Shown here: in pieces, positions 35,333 to 44,469 of the stretch
Numbering within the stretch: the first letter of the stretch is position 1
Layout of the letters: the number at the start of each line of letters is the position of its first letter
NCBI GenBank assembly: GCA_036564345.1
Contig: DATCOZ010000299.1
Location: forward strand, 1-52,828
Origin: Candidatus Dormiibacterota bacterium
GTDB taxonomy: Bacteria; Chloroflexota; Dormibacteria; Dormibacterales; Dormibacteraceae
Direction: 5' to 3'
Length of the DNA stretch: 52,828 nucleotides
Translations under genes and position numbers: made by a program
Notes under the pieces: model-generated
The model's database searches: none
Told to the model about the DNA's origin: nothing
The model's input: the letters and a program-made list of their open reading frames with translations, nothing else

Positions 35333-35892
35333 CACCGGTGATCAGGACCGAGCGCCTGGTCGTCCGCCCCGCCGCCGAGACGGATGTCGCGGCGCTGATC
35401 CGGTTCTTCGACGAGAACCGCGAGCACATGGCACCCTGGGAGCCGCCCCGGCCGCCCGACTTCCACACCCAGGAGTTCTGGCGGATCCAGGTCGGGCGCC
35501 ACCGCCGCGCTTTCGAGTCGGGCAGCGCCGTCATGCTCTTCATCTTCCCGATCGGCCAGCCGGAAGAGGTGATCGGACAGATCTCCTACACCTCGATCGT
35601 CCGGGGACCCGCCGACATGTGCATGCTCGGTTATGCGCTCGCCGAGCGCGCGCAGGGCAATGGCTACATGCACGAGGCGCTGCTGGCCACCAACGCGTAC
35701 GTGTTCGAGCATCTCAACATGCACCGGGTCATGGCGAACTTCATGCCCCACAACTCGCGCAGCAACGCCGTTCTGCGCCGCCTCGGCTTCACCGTCGAGG
35801 GCTACGCGCGCGACTACCTCTTCGTCAACGGGGCGTGGCGCGATCACGTGCTGACGTCTCTGACCAACCACGACTGGAAGCCCCTCGACTGA
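35329..35892 (+). CDS. GNAT-family N-acetyltransferase (RimJ/RimL-like)
   Basis: GTG overlapping the upstream stop (GTGA). TERLVVRP...GYALAERAQGNGYMHEAL...NSRSNAVLRRLGFTVEG. Confidence 0.8.
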   Translation: MTPVIRTERLVVRPAAETDVAALIRFFDENREHMAPWEPPRPPDFHTQEFWRIQVGRHRRAFESGSAVMLFIFPIGQPEEVIGQISYTSIVRGPADMCMLGYALAERAQGNGYMHEALLATNAYVFEHLNMHRVMANFMPHNSRSNAVLRRLGFTVEGYARDYLFVNGAWRDHVLTSLTNHDWKPLD

Positions 35893-35919
35893 CGGCATCT
35901 CCCTCGCGTTGAGGAGGTT

Positions 35920-35958
35920 GGGGGAATGGGAGACTGCGCACTGCCTCTCCCTTCCCCC
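35920..35958. terminator. G-rich/C-rich hairpin between convergent genes (possible bidirectional terminator)
   Basis: GGGGGAATGGGAG-N12-CTCCCTTCCCCC: 12-bp stem with one bulge, read directly. No clear U-tract. Confidence 0.35.
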
Positions 35959-35977
35959 TCCCTCACAGGGGTAGCTG

Positions 35978-36196
35978 TCAAGACGTCGAGGTGCTCGGCC
36001 GCGGCCTTGCCAGGAGGGCCCGGGCACCCATGACGAGAGCCCCCAGCAGCGCGCTTACCGACCAACCGCTCATCCCGCCCCGGGGCCGGGGAGCGGTCGA
36101 CCTTCGCGCCGACCTCTCCCGCGCGACCTGGGCGGCGTAGCGGCCGCGATCTGCCATCAGGGCATTGCTGAGGTCGCTTGTCTGGAGACCGTGCAT
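35978..36196 (-). CDS. Small hypothetical protein with a C-terminal hydrophobic segment
   Basis: ATG preceded by GGAGGTGG at 6-nt spacing. 72 aa; GWSVSALLGALVMGARALL. Lies downstream of crp-like and fumC on the same strand. Confidence 0.45.
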   Translation of the reverse strand: MHGLQTSDLSNALMADRGRYAAQVARERSARRSTAPRPRGGMSGWSVSALLGALVMGARALLARPRPSTSTS

Positions 36197-36304
36197 CGCC
36201 TTCCACCTCCGGTTGATTTCCCCGCGGCCGGGGATCTCACCGGAGGCTAGCCCGCTCCGGTCTCGCCTCCTATGCCGAGCGCCACCGACGGATGTTGTCG
36301 TTCG

Positions 36305-36994
36305 TCACACTCGCGAACCGCGCCGGCGAAGCTCGTCCGGCTTCAGCACGGTGATGCTGCCCCGAGCCTGGCTGATGTAGCCCAGCTCGACAAACCGATG
36401 GAGGGCGCGGTTGACGTTCTCGCGGCTCGCGCCGACCATCCCGGCCAGGGTGCGCTGGGAGAGCGGGATCCTGATGACGACCCCCTCGGCCAGTCGCTCG
36501 CCACGGCTCGCGGCGAGATCGAGCAGCCGCCTGGCGACGCGTCCGGGTATGTCGAGAAAGGCGACTTCCGCCACCGCCTGGTCCTTGCGCTGGATGTAGC
36601 CGATCAGGCTCGAGATCACCCGCAGCAGGAGCGCCGGATGTGCGAGGAGGAAGGCGATGACCGGGTCGCGGGCGAGGAGCGCGCATTCGGTCGGCTCGAG
36701 GGCGACCGCGTCGGCGCTCCGTTCGCCGTCCGGCTCGAAGAGCGAGAGCTCACCGAACACCTCGCCGGGTCCGACTACCGCGAAGACGATCTCGCTTCCG
36801 CCGGCTCCCACCCGCAGGATCTTCACCTGCCCCCGCACGACGAGGTGGAGGTGCGAGCCGGGGTCGCCTTCCCGGAACAGGTGGGTGTCCTTGGCGAAGG
36901 TGCGCAGCCGGACCGCCGGCCGGAGCGCTTCCAGCTCGGCCGCCGTGATGCCCTCGAAGATGGCGGTCTTCGCGAGCAATTGGATCACATCCAC
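36305..36994 (-). CDS. Crp/Fnr-family transcriptional regulator
   Basis: cNMP-binding fold (FREGDPGSHLHLVVRGQVKI...GELSLF) and C-terminal HTH (RTLAGMVGASRENVNRALHRF). The GTG start shares 1 nt with the fumC stop. Confidence 0.85.
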   Translation of the reverse strand: MDVIQLLAKTAIFEGITAAELEALRPAVRLRTFAKDTHLFREGDPGSHLHLVVRGQVKILRVGAGGSEIVFAVVGPGEVFGELSLFEPDGERSADAVALEPTECALLARDPVIAFLLAHPALLLRVISSLIGYIQRKDQAVAEVAFLDIPGRVARRLLDLAASRGERLAEGVVIRIPLSQRTLAGMVGASRENVNRALHRFVELGYISQARGSITVLKPDELRRRGSRV

Positions 36995-38409
36995 TAACCG
37001 CCGCCGGGGCCGCTCTCCAGGCCGGGCTTGGTCATCTTGGCGGGGTCTAGGACCTTGGTCAGCGTCTTCTCGTCGACGCCCTTCTCGCGGGCCAGCTCGC
37101 GGATCGTCTTGCCCGTCCGTCCCGCCTCTTTGGCGATCTTGGCGGCTTCGTCGTAGCCGAGAACGGGGGCCAGCGCGGTCGCCAGCATGAGGCCCTTTTC
37201 GACCATCTCCGGGCCGCGGTCGGTGGCCTCGATCCCGTCGACGCAGCGGGTCGCGAAATTGGCCGCCGAGCGGCCCAGGAGGGAGATCGACTCGAGGCTG
37301 GCGACCCCCGCCAACGGCATCATCACGTTGAGCTCGAAGAAGCTGCCCGACTGGCCGCAGAGGGTGACCGTGGTGTCGTTGCCGATGACGCGAGCGCAGG
37401 CCATGGTCAGCGACTCGATGATCACCGGGTTGACCTTGCCGGGCATGATGCTGCTCCCCGGCTGGACCTCCGGCAGGAGCAGCTCGCCGATGCCGGTGCG
37501 CGGCCCGCTACCCATCAGCCGGATGTCCCCGCCGATCTTCCAGAGGCTGACCGCGATCGTCTTCAGGTGGCCGTGGGCGGAGATCAGCCCATCCAGCGTC
37601 GCCTGGGCGTGGAAGTGGTTGGACGTTTCCCGGACCTTCACGCCGCTCCATTTCTGGAGCAGCTGGAGGATCAGCCCGGCAAAGTCCGGGTGGGCGTTGA
37701 TCCCGGTGCCGACGGCGGTGCCGCCGAGCGCCACCTCGCGCAGCTCGGCGAGGGCCAGCTCGGTCCTCCGGACGCCCTCCTCGACCTGGCCCGCGTAGCC
37801 GGCGAACTCCTGGCCGAGGCGGATCGGGGTGGCGTCCTGGATGTGGGTCCGCCCGGTCTTGATGATCGGCATGAATTGCTTCGCCTTCCGGGCCAGGGAC
37901 GTCCGCAGCCGGCGGAGGGCCGGCAGCAGGTCTTCCTGGATCGCCATCGCGCAGGCGAGGTGGATGGCGGTCGGGATCACGTCGTTGGAGGACTGGCAGC
38001 GGTTGACGTGGTCGTTCGGGTGGACCTTCAGGCCCGCTTTCTCGCCCTTGGCGCCGAGGATCTGGTTGGCGCGGTTCGCGATCACCTCATTCGCGTTGGT
38101 GTTGGTCGAGGTCCCCGAGCCGGTCTGGTAGATGTCGATCGGAAACTCGTCATCCCATCGGCCGTCGGCTACCTCGGCGGCTGCCTCGGCGATCGCGTCG
38201 ACCATCTCGGCGGGCACCAGTCCCAGCTCGCCGTTGACCTCGGCGGCCGCCTTCTTGATCAGCCCGAGGGCGCGGATGAAGCGGCGTGGGAAGCGTGTGC
38301 CGGAGATCGGGAAGTTCTGGACGGCCCGCATCGTGGAGGCTCCGTAGAGCGCGTCGGCGGGGACTTCCATCTCACCCATCGAGTCTTTGACGGTTCGCGT
38401 GTTTGGCAT
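36994..38409 (-). CDS. fumC: Class II fumarate hydratase
   Basis: QTGSGTSTNTNANEVIANRA and GSSIMPGKVNP signature; 471 aa. Confidence 0.9.
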   Translation of the reverse strand: MPNTRTVKDSMGEMEVPADALYGASTMRAVQNFPISGTRFPRRFIRALGLIKKAAAEVNGELGLVPAEMVDAIAEAAAEVADGRWDDEFPIDIYQTGSGTSTNTNANEVIANRANQILGAKGEKAGLKVHPNDHVNRCQSSNDVIPTAIHLACAMAIQEDLLPALRRLRTSLARKAKQFMPIIKTGRTHIQDATPIRLGQEFAGYAGQVEEGVRRTELALAELREVALGGTAVGTGINAHPDFAGLILQLLQKWSGVKVRETSNHFHAQATLDGLISAHGHLKTIAVSLWKIGGDIRLMGSGPRTGIGELLLPEVQPGSSIMPGKVNPVIIESLTMACARVIGNDTTVTLCGQSGSFFELNVMMPLAGVASLESISLLGRSAANFATRCVDGIEATDRGPEMVEKGLMLATALAPVLGYDEAAKIAKEAGRTGKTIRELAREKGVDEKTLTKVLDPAKMTKPGLESGPGGG

Positions 38410-38505
38410 CGAGAAGAAAGTCTAGGTTGAACACCCGGAAGGGCCGTCCGCGCTCGCGTTAACGGGTGGCGTGGTCAGTCGGCTGGTAGCGCCGGCATCA
38501 GCTGA

Positions 38506-38567
38506 GTCCGATTCACCCCCCTTCTTCGTGCGTCCTTCGTGTTCTTCGTGTCTTTGTGGTTTCGGAC
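38506..38567. repeat. Small repeat R1 (GTCCGA...TCGGAC stem, GATTCACC, TTCGTG x3, GTCTTTGTGGTT)
   Basis: Shares GATTCACC, GTCTTTGTGGTT and a flanking stem with 44415-44454. Overlaps the last ~18 codons and the stop of the CHAD ORF. Confidence 0.4.
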
Positions 38568-39502
38568 CCTTCCGGGGTCGACTGATCTCGACCTTGCTCG
38601 TCGGGGTCCATCCACGCCCGGAGCGCGGGCGCGGCGAGCGCCTTCCAGACCTCTCGCCAGCGGCCCCGCATCTCCATCGCAACAGCCCTCTCCAGCCCCG
38701 CCAGCTGACCCGCTACGAAGGCCTGGCGGCCGCTGGTCGGGGCGGCGGCCAGCCACGCCTCGGTCGTCACCGCGTCCTGGTGGTCGCCGAGGATGGTCTG
38801 CAGCTCGGCCGCCGCGGCGGCGAAGGCGTGAGCCTCCGGGATCACCGGCTCGACCGCCTGGGCGGCGTAGCGGGCGCGCTTGGCGAGGATCCTGATCCGG
38901 TGCAGTTGCGCGTCGGCCGGGTTTCGCGGAAGGCCGCGGACGCCCTTGCGCAGCTTCTCCCAGGGCCCGGCGGCGAGCCGGCCGGCGATAGCCCGCGCCG
39001 GCTGCGCCGCGGCGGCCGTCAGGGGCGGGACGAGGCTGAACGCCTCGAGGCCGGCGATGAGCCCCGTGAAGCGCTCCGAGTCGAGGTAGGCGATCGCGCT
39101 CACCCGGGCGGTCCTGATCTCCTCCTCGAGCACCTGGATGAGCTCCTCGACGAGCTTGCGGTCGGGACCCGGCAGGACCCTGGCGTCGGCGCGGATCCGA
39201 GCCGCGAGGACCTCGCGGTCACGAACTCCCCCGAGCTCCGCGGCGAGCACGGCGAGCTCGTCGACGAGCGGCTCCGTCTTATCCGCCTCGAGGAAGTCCT
39301 GGAACGTCCGCAGGTTGCTGCGCAGCCGGCGGACGGCGACCCGAGTCTTGCGGACGTGGTCGGGGTCGTGGCCGGCCCGCAGGCCTGCCTCGTGCTCCTT
39401 CATCGCCGCCACCGCGCTCCCGATCGAGCGGGCGATCAGCTCGCCCACCGTGAGCTCTTCCGGCTGCTCGGGCGAGCCTTCGGCGGCGAGCTCCTCAGCC
39501 AT
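38513..39502 (-). CDS. CHAD-domain protein
   Basis: Repeated H..R(V/I)..(R/K)R.RY/L helices (HVRKTRVAVRRLRSNLRTF; LHRIRILAKRARYAAQ). The ATG overlaps the ppk stop by 8 nt. Confidence 0.8.
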   Translation of the reverse strand: MAEELAAEGSPEQPEELTVGELIARSIGSAVAAMKEHEAGLRAGHDPDHVRKTRVAVRRLRSNLRTFQDFLEADKTEPLVDELAVLAAELGGVRDREVLAARIRADARVLPGPDRKLVEELIQVLEEEIRTARVSAIAYLDSERFTGLIAGLEAFSLVPPLTAAAAQPARAIAGRLAAGPWEKLRKGVRGLPRNPADAQLHRIRILAKRARYAAQAVEPVIPEAHAFAAAAAELQTILGDHQDAVTTEAWLAAAPTSGRQAFVAGQLAGLERAVAMEMRGRWREVWKALAAPALRAWMDPDEQGRDQSTPEGSETTKTRRTRRTHEEGG

Positions 39503-41582
39503 GGTTGCCAGAAGCCCGTTCGACGGCCAGCTGCTGGAGCGCGATCTGGGAGTCGATCCCCTTCCTGGTGTGGACCTTGGTCCAGCAGCCGTCCGGCCCG
39601 AGCACCCAGGCGAGGACGTCGTCGGAAAGAGTCAGGTTGAGCATCTCGTCGAGACGCTGGCAGAGGCCGGCGTCCGTCACCGGCACCACGGCCTCGACCC
39701 GGCGGTCGAGGTTGCGGTCCATCATGTCGGCCGAACCGAGGTAGAAGTCCACGCCGCGCTTGTCGTTGCCGAAGCGGAACAGCCGCGAGTGCTCGAGGAA
39801 GCGGCCGACGACCGAGCGCACCCGGATCTTCTCCGAGAGGCCTGGCACACCGGGGCGGAGGCAGCAGATGCCGCGGACGATGAGGTCGATCTCGGCGCCG
39901 CCCTTGCTCGCCGCGTAGAGGGCGTCGATGACCCCGGGGTCGACCAGGTTGTTGACCTTCATCACGATCCGGCCCTTGGGTCCCTTCGCCTCCCGCTCGA
40001 TCAGGTAGAGGATCCCGGTCCGGAGCGTTGTCGGCGCGACCAGCAGGCGGCGGTACTTGCGCTGCCGGCTGTAGCCGGTCAGCAGGTTGAAGAGCTCGCT
40101 GACGTCGTGGCCGAGATCGGGGTCGGCCGAGAGTAGGCCGAGGTCCTCGTAGACGTGGGCGGTCGCCGGGTTGTAGTTGCCGGTGCCGATGTGCACGTAG
40201 TAGCGGATGCCGGACCTCTCCATCCGCACGACCAGGGTGACCTTGGCGTGGGTCTTGAGGCCGACCAGGCCGTACACCACGTGGACACCCGCCTCCTCGA
40301 GCGCCTGGGCCCACTCGATGTTGGCCTGCTCGTCGCCGCGCGCCTTCAGCTCGACCAGGGCCACCACCTGCTTGCCGAGCTCGGCCGCCACGACGAGTGA
40401 GCGCGCGATCGGGCTCGCCGGTCCCGAGGTGCGGTAGAGGGTCTGCTTGATGGCGAGGACGCGGGGGTCGGTCGAGGCCTGGTCGATGAACGCCTCGACC
40501 GAGGTCGTGAAGGAGTCGTACGGATGCTGGACCAGGACGTCCCCGTTCCGGATCACATCGAAGACGTCGGTCGCCTCGATCGCGCTGCCCTGCAGGCGGG
40601 GCTGGGTGGTGGGTACCCAGGCGGGCGACTTGAGGTCCGGCCGGTCGAGGTCGTACAACGAGTCGAGCGAGCCCAGGTCGAGCAGGCCTGGCACCTTGTA
40701 CACGTCCGCCCAGTCCAGCTCCAGCTCCCGGACCATGAGGTCGAGGTAGCGCCGGGGCAGATCCGGGTCCACCTCCAGCCGGACCGCTCGACCCTGCCGG
40801 CGGCGGCGGCGGAGCTCGGTCTGGATCGCCGAGAGGAGGTCCTCGGCCTCGCTCTCGACGAGGTCCAGGTCGGCGTCTCGAGTGATCCGGAAAGCATGGG
40901 TGTCGACGATCTCCATTCCCGAGAAGAGCGACTGGACGTTGAGCGCGATCAATTGCTCGAGGGGGACGAAGCCGCCATCGTCGGGAAGCTGGTTGAAGCG
41001 GGGCAGCAGCGGCGGCACCTTCAAGCGGGCGAAGCGCTCGACCCTGCGCAGCGGGTCGCGGACGATCACGGCGAGGTTCAACGAGAGGTGCGAGATGTAC
41101 GGAAACGGGTGAGCGGGGTCGACCGCCAGAGGTGTCAGCACCGGGAAGATGTGCTGGTTGAAGTGCGCCGCCACGTGCTTGCGCTCCGCCTTGCTCAGCG
41201 AGCCGGTGTCGCGAATCCTGATGCCGGCGGATTCAAGGGCGGGGGAGAGCTCGTCGAATAGTCGCACCTGGCGTTCGGTCAGCAGCTCGACACGCTTGCG
41301 GATCGCGTGCAACTGCTCGGCCGGGGTCGCGCCGTCGATTGCGGTCGACCGGACAGCGGCCTCGACCTGCTCCTGGAGGCCGGCGACCCGGATCTGGAAG
41401 AACTCGTCCAGGCTCTTGCTGAAGATCGAAAGGAAGTGGACGCGGTCGAGCAGCGGCACCTCGTGGTCCTCGGCCATCGCGAGCACTCGTTCGTTGAAGT
41501 CGAGACGGGAGAGCTCTCGGTTGAGGTAGCGCTTGGAGCGCCGATCGCGCCCCGGCTCGGCGATTGCCTTGACCCTTGCCAT
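39495..41582 (-). CDS. ppk: Polyphosphate kinase 1
   Basis: 695 aa. YLNRELSRLDFNERVL N-terminus and KTHAKVTLVVR catalytic region. AGGAGAGG precedes the ATG. Confidence 0.95.
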   Translation of the reverse strand: MARVKAIAEPGRDRRSKRYLNRELSRLDFNERVLAMAEDHEVPLLDRVHFLSIFSKSLDEFFQIRVAGLQEQVEAAVRSTAIDGATPAEQLHAIRKRVELLTERQVRLFDELSPALESAGIRIRDTGSLSKAERKHVAAHFNQHIFPVLTPLAVDPAHPFPYISHLSLNLAVIVRDPLRRVERFARLKVPPLLPRFNQLPDDGGFVPLEQLIALNVQSLFSGMEIVDTHAFRITRDADLDLVESEAEDLLSAIQTELRRRRRQGRAVRLEVDPDLPRRYLDLMVRELELDWADVYKVPGLLDLGSLDSLYDLDRPDLKSPAWVPTTQPRLQGSAIEATDVFDVIRNGDVLVQHPYDSFTTSVEAFIDQASTDPRVLAIKQTLYRTSGPASPIARSLVVAAELGKQVVALVELKARGDEQANIEWAQALEEAGVHVVYGLVGLKTHAKVTLVVRMERSGIRYYVHIGTGNYNPATAHVYEDLGLLSADPDLGHDVSELFNLLTGYSRQRKYRRLLVAPTTLRTGILYLIEREAKGPKGRIVMKVNNLVDPGVIDALYAASKGGAEIDLIVRGICCLRPGVPGLSEKIRVRSVVGRFLEHSRLFRFGNDKRGVDFYLGSADMMDRNLDRRVEAVVPVTDAGLCQRLDEMLNLTLSDDVLAWVLGPDGCWTKVHTRKGIDSQIALQQLAVERASGNHG

Positions 41583-41622
41583 TTACCTCTCCTCGATGGT
41601 ACCCGCCCTATCCTTTCGGCCG

Positions 41623-42558
41623 ATGAGGTTGGCGGCCGTGGATGTCGGAAGCAACACGGTCCACGCACTCGTCGTGGACGTCGTCGACGGGCGGCTGGAA
41701 GAGGTGTCCCACTTTGTCGAGATGCCCTCCCTCGGCTCGGCCGTCGCGCGGACAGGCCGCATCGGGGAGAAGGGCGAGGAGGCGGTCGCAGCGCTCCGGT
41801 CGGTGGTCGACCAGGCTCGCGCTCTGGGCTTCGAGCACCTCGTGGCGGGCGCCACTGCGGCCGTCCGGCAGGCGACGGACGGCGCCGAGTTCCTGCGCCG
41901 GTGCTCGGAGGCGATCGGGGTGCCAGTCCACCTGATCTCACCGCAGCGCGAGGCCCAGCTCAGCTTCGCCGGCGTGGCTCAGCGCCACGCGGTGCGCCGG
42001 CAGTGGCTGATGGCCGACCTCGGTGGCGGGAGCACCGAGGTGGTCGTCGCCCGCGGCCAGAAGAGCGAAGCCTGGCGGTCGCTTCCGATCGGCTCCGGCG
42101 TGCTCGCCGGCAAGCACCTCTCCGACCCGCCTCGGGAGGGCGAGCGGGACGCTTTGCGGTCCGAGGCGGTCGCGCTGCTGAAGGACATGCCGGAGTGCGA
42201 GCCGACCCGCCTCGTGGCGACCGGCGGGACGGCCTCCAACCTGCCCCGGGTCGTCTCCCAGAGGCGACCTCCCACGGTCCTCTCGCGCCAGGCGCTGCTC
42301 CGTGCTGCGGATCATCTCGACCAGGCGCCGGCTGCTGAGCTCGAGCAGCGCTACCTGCTCCGGCCGGGGCGGGTGGCCGCGATGCGAGGGGGGGTCGAGG
42401 TGCTGCTCCTGCTGCTCGACTGGGCTGGCCTCGACCGCCTCCACGTCAGCCTCGAGGGGCTCCGCCAGGGGATGATCCTGGCCTACCTCGAGCGCGGCGA
42501 GGACTGGTACCGCGATCCTGCACCGGGTGTCACAAACCACCACGCGGCGGGGCTATAG
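41623..42558 (+). CDS. ppx: Ppx/GppA-family phosphatase (exopolyphosphatase-like)
   Basis: MRLAAVDVGSNTVHALV...ADLGGGSTE (ASKHA motifs). Divergent from ppk with a 40-nt gap. Confidence 0.85.
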   Translation: MRLAAVDVGSNTVHALVVDVVDGRLEEVSHFVEMPSLGSAVARTGRIGEKGEEAVAALRSVVDQARALGFEHLVAGATAAVRQATDGAEFLRRCSEAIGVPVHLISPQREAQLSFAGVAQRHAVRRQWLMADLGGGSTEVVVARGQKSEAWRSLPIGSGVLAGKHLSDPPREGERDALRSEAVALLKDMPECEPTRLVATGGTASNLPRVVSQRRPPTVLSRQALLRAADHLDQAPAAELEQRYLLRPGRVAAMRGGVEVLLLLLDWAGLDRLHVSLEGLRQGMILAYLERGEDWYRDPAPGVTNHHAAGL

Positions 42559-42565
42559 CTTCCGA

Positions 42566-43468
42566 ATGGAAGCCGTCCTCGAAACCCACCGCCTCTCCAA
42601 GTCGTACGGGTCGAGGCAGGCGGTCAAGTCGCTCGACCTCTCGGTCGGGCAGGGCGAGATCTTCGGCTTCCTCGGCCCCAACGGGGCGGGCAAGACGACC
42701 ACCATCCGGATGGCGCTCGGCCTCATCCGCCCCACCGGAGGCACGGTCGAGGTGCTGGGCCAGGACGTCACCCGCAACCGGCGCCAGGTCCTGCCGCGGG
42801 TCGGCGCGCTGGTCGAGTCGCCCGCCCTCTACCTCTACATGTCGGGCCGCGATAACCTGAAGGCGGTCGGCGACGTACTCGGCGGTGTGCCCGCCTCGCG
42901 GATCGACGCGGTCCTCGAAACGGTCGGACTGGCCGACCGCCAGCGCGACCGCGTGAAGTCCTACTCGCTCGGCATGAAGCAGCGACTCGGCCTCGCCATC
43001 GCGCTTCTCAACGACCCCGATCTGCTGATCCTGGATGAGCCCGCCAACGGCCTCGATCCTGCCGGCGTGGTCGAGATGCGCGACCTGCTCCGCAACCTGG
43101 CCGGCCAGGGAAAGACGATCTTCATATCGAGCCACGTCCTCTCCGAGGTGCAGCAGATCTGCGGCCGGGTCGCGATCATCAACCTCGGCGAGCTGGTGAA
43201 GGTCGCCACCGTCGAGGAGCTCGTCGCCTCGCACGGCGAGTTCACCGTCGCCGTCGAGGATGCGAGCGTCGTGCTCGAGCTGATCCAGCGCCAGGACTGG
43301 GGCGGCACCGCCCGCCTCGTCGAGGGCGCCGTGGTCTGCGCCTCGCCGACCGGGCGGGGCCGCGACCTCAACCGCTTCCTGGTCGCCGCCGGCCATTGGC
43401 CTGATGCCATCGGCGAGCGGCACCAGGACCTCGAGGACATCTTCCTGAGCCTCACCGGAGCGGCCTGA
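42566..43468 (+). CDS. ABC transporter ATP-binding protein (ABC-2 type)
   Basis: GPNGAGKTT Walker A, YSLGMKQRL signature, LLILDEP Walker B. Confidence 0.85.
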   Translation: MEAVLETHRLSKSYGSRQAVKSLDLSVGQGEIFGFLGPNGAGKTTTIRMALGLIRPTGGTVEVLGQDVTRNRRQVLPRVGALVESPALYLYMSGRDNLKAVGDVLGGVPASRIDAVLETVGLADRQRDRVKSYSLGMKQRLGLAIALLNDPDLLILDEPANGLDPAGVVEMRDLLRNLAGQGKTIFISSHVLSEVQQICGRVAIINLGELVKVATVEELVASHGEFTVAVEDASVVLELIQRQDWGGTARLVEGAVVCASPTGRGRDLNRFLVAAGHWPDAIGERHQDLEDIFLSLTGAA

Positions 43469-43471
43469 AAC

Positions 43472-44389
43472 ATGAGCAGCGCGCAGGTCGCCGCAGCCGG
43501 CCGCAGCGCCGCGACCTCGGACCGGCTGCGGCCGAGCTTTCTCGGCGCGGTGCGCGGCGAGCTGCTCAAGCTCAGCCGCCAGCGCTCGCTCTGGGTGATG
43601 CTGGCGCTGGGCGCGCTTCTCTTCGGCTTCGTCGGCCTCGCCATCTTCAGCACCGACAACGTCAAGCAGACCCTCAAGGCCGCGCCCGAGCAGTTCCTCT
43701 ACGCCGCCCTCGACATCATGGGCACCCTCTTCGACACCGGCTCGGGCATCGTGCTGTTGATCTGCGCCTCGCGACTCTTCGGCATGGAGTACAGCTCCGG
43801 CACCATCCGGATCCTGCTCGCTCGAGGAACCGGCCGGCTGCAGCTTTACTTCGCCAAGCTCGTCGCCCTGGCGCTGCTCGGACTCTTCCTTCTGACCGGG
43901 TTCTCGGCCATCGCGTTCGGCATGATCTACGCCTTCGCCAACTCGGTGGTGGGCAGTTTCACCCCGCTCACGGCCCTGCCCGCGATCGCCTACACGGACC
44001 TAGAGCTCACCTTCCTGGTCGCTCTCGTCAGCATCGGGGTGACGATCCTGCTTGGCAGCACCGCCGCCATCGTCGGCCGCTCGCTGTCCTTCGGCGTCGC
44101 CGCCGCAATGGCCTTCTTCCCCGCCGACAACTTCGGGACGCTGATCCTCGGCATCATGCAGCGGATCACTCACATCGACGCCTGGAGCAAGGCGACCGCC
44201 TACCTGCTGGGTCCGAACTTGAACCTGCTGGCCTCCAAGCTGGAGCCCGGACGCCAGGTTCGGCCTGCCTTCGCAACGCCCAGCGTGGCCGTCAGCGCCG
44301 AGCACGTCTGGGCTGTGATCGGCGTCTATGCCGCGCTCTTCCTCGTGTGCTCGATCGTCCTCTTGCTGCGGCGCGACGTCCTCGAGTAA
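43472..44389 (+). CDS. ABC-2-type transporter permease
   Basis: 305 aa, six hydrophobic helices, immediately downstream of the ATPase. Confidence 0.7.
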   Translation: MSSAQVAAAGRSAATSDRLRPSFLGAVRGELLKLSRQRSLWVMLALGALLFGFVGLAIFSTDNVKQTLKAAPEQFLYAALDIMGTLFDTGSGIVLLICASRLFGMEYSSGTIRILLARGTGRLQLYFAKLVALALLGLFLLTGFSAIAFGMIYAFANSVVGSFTPLTALPAIAYTDLELTFLVALVSIGVTILLGSTAAIVGRSLSFGVAAAMAFFPADNFGTLILGIMQRITHIDAWSKATAYLLGPNLNLLASKLEPGRQVRPAFATPSVAVSAEHVWAVIGVYAALFLVCSIVLLLRRDVLE

Positions 44390-44414
44390 CCGGGAAGCAC
44401 GGCTGGCTGGAATC

Positions 44415-44454
44415 ATCCGAATCTGATTCACCACGAAGTCTTTGTGGTTCGGAT
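44415..44454. repeat. Small repeat R2 (ATCCGAA...TTCGGAT stem enclosing GATTCACC and CCACGAAG/CTTTGTGG)
   Basis: Lies between the convergent ABC-2 permease and PiT genes. The stem is read directly. Shares motifs with R1. Confidence 0.4.
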
Positions 44455-44469
44455 CCCTTTCCCTTCGGC

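Noticed and set aside
38422-38756. Track ORFs 38422..38682 and 38475..38756 contain HEEHEG and HKDTKNTKD peptides.
   Set aside because: These are translation artefacts of repeat R1 and the fumC upstream region. They overlap the well-supported CHAD gene.
44446-44456. tRNA T-loop-like strings: GGTTCGGATCC at 44446-44456, GGTTCGAAAG at about 21012, GGGTTCGAGCCC at about 14538.
   Set aside because: The flanking bases cannot form a T-stem or an acceptor stem, no anticodon arm is present, and the third lies inside the PBP coding region.
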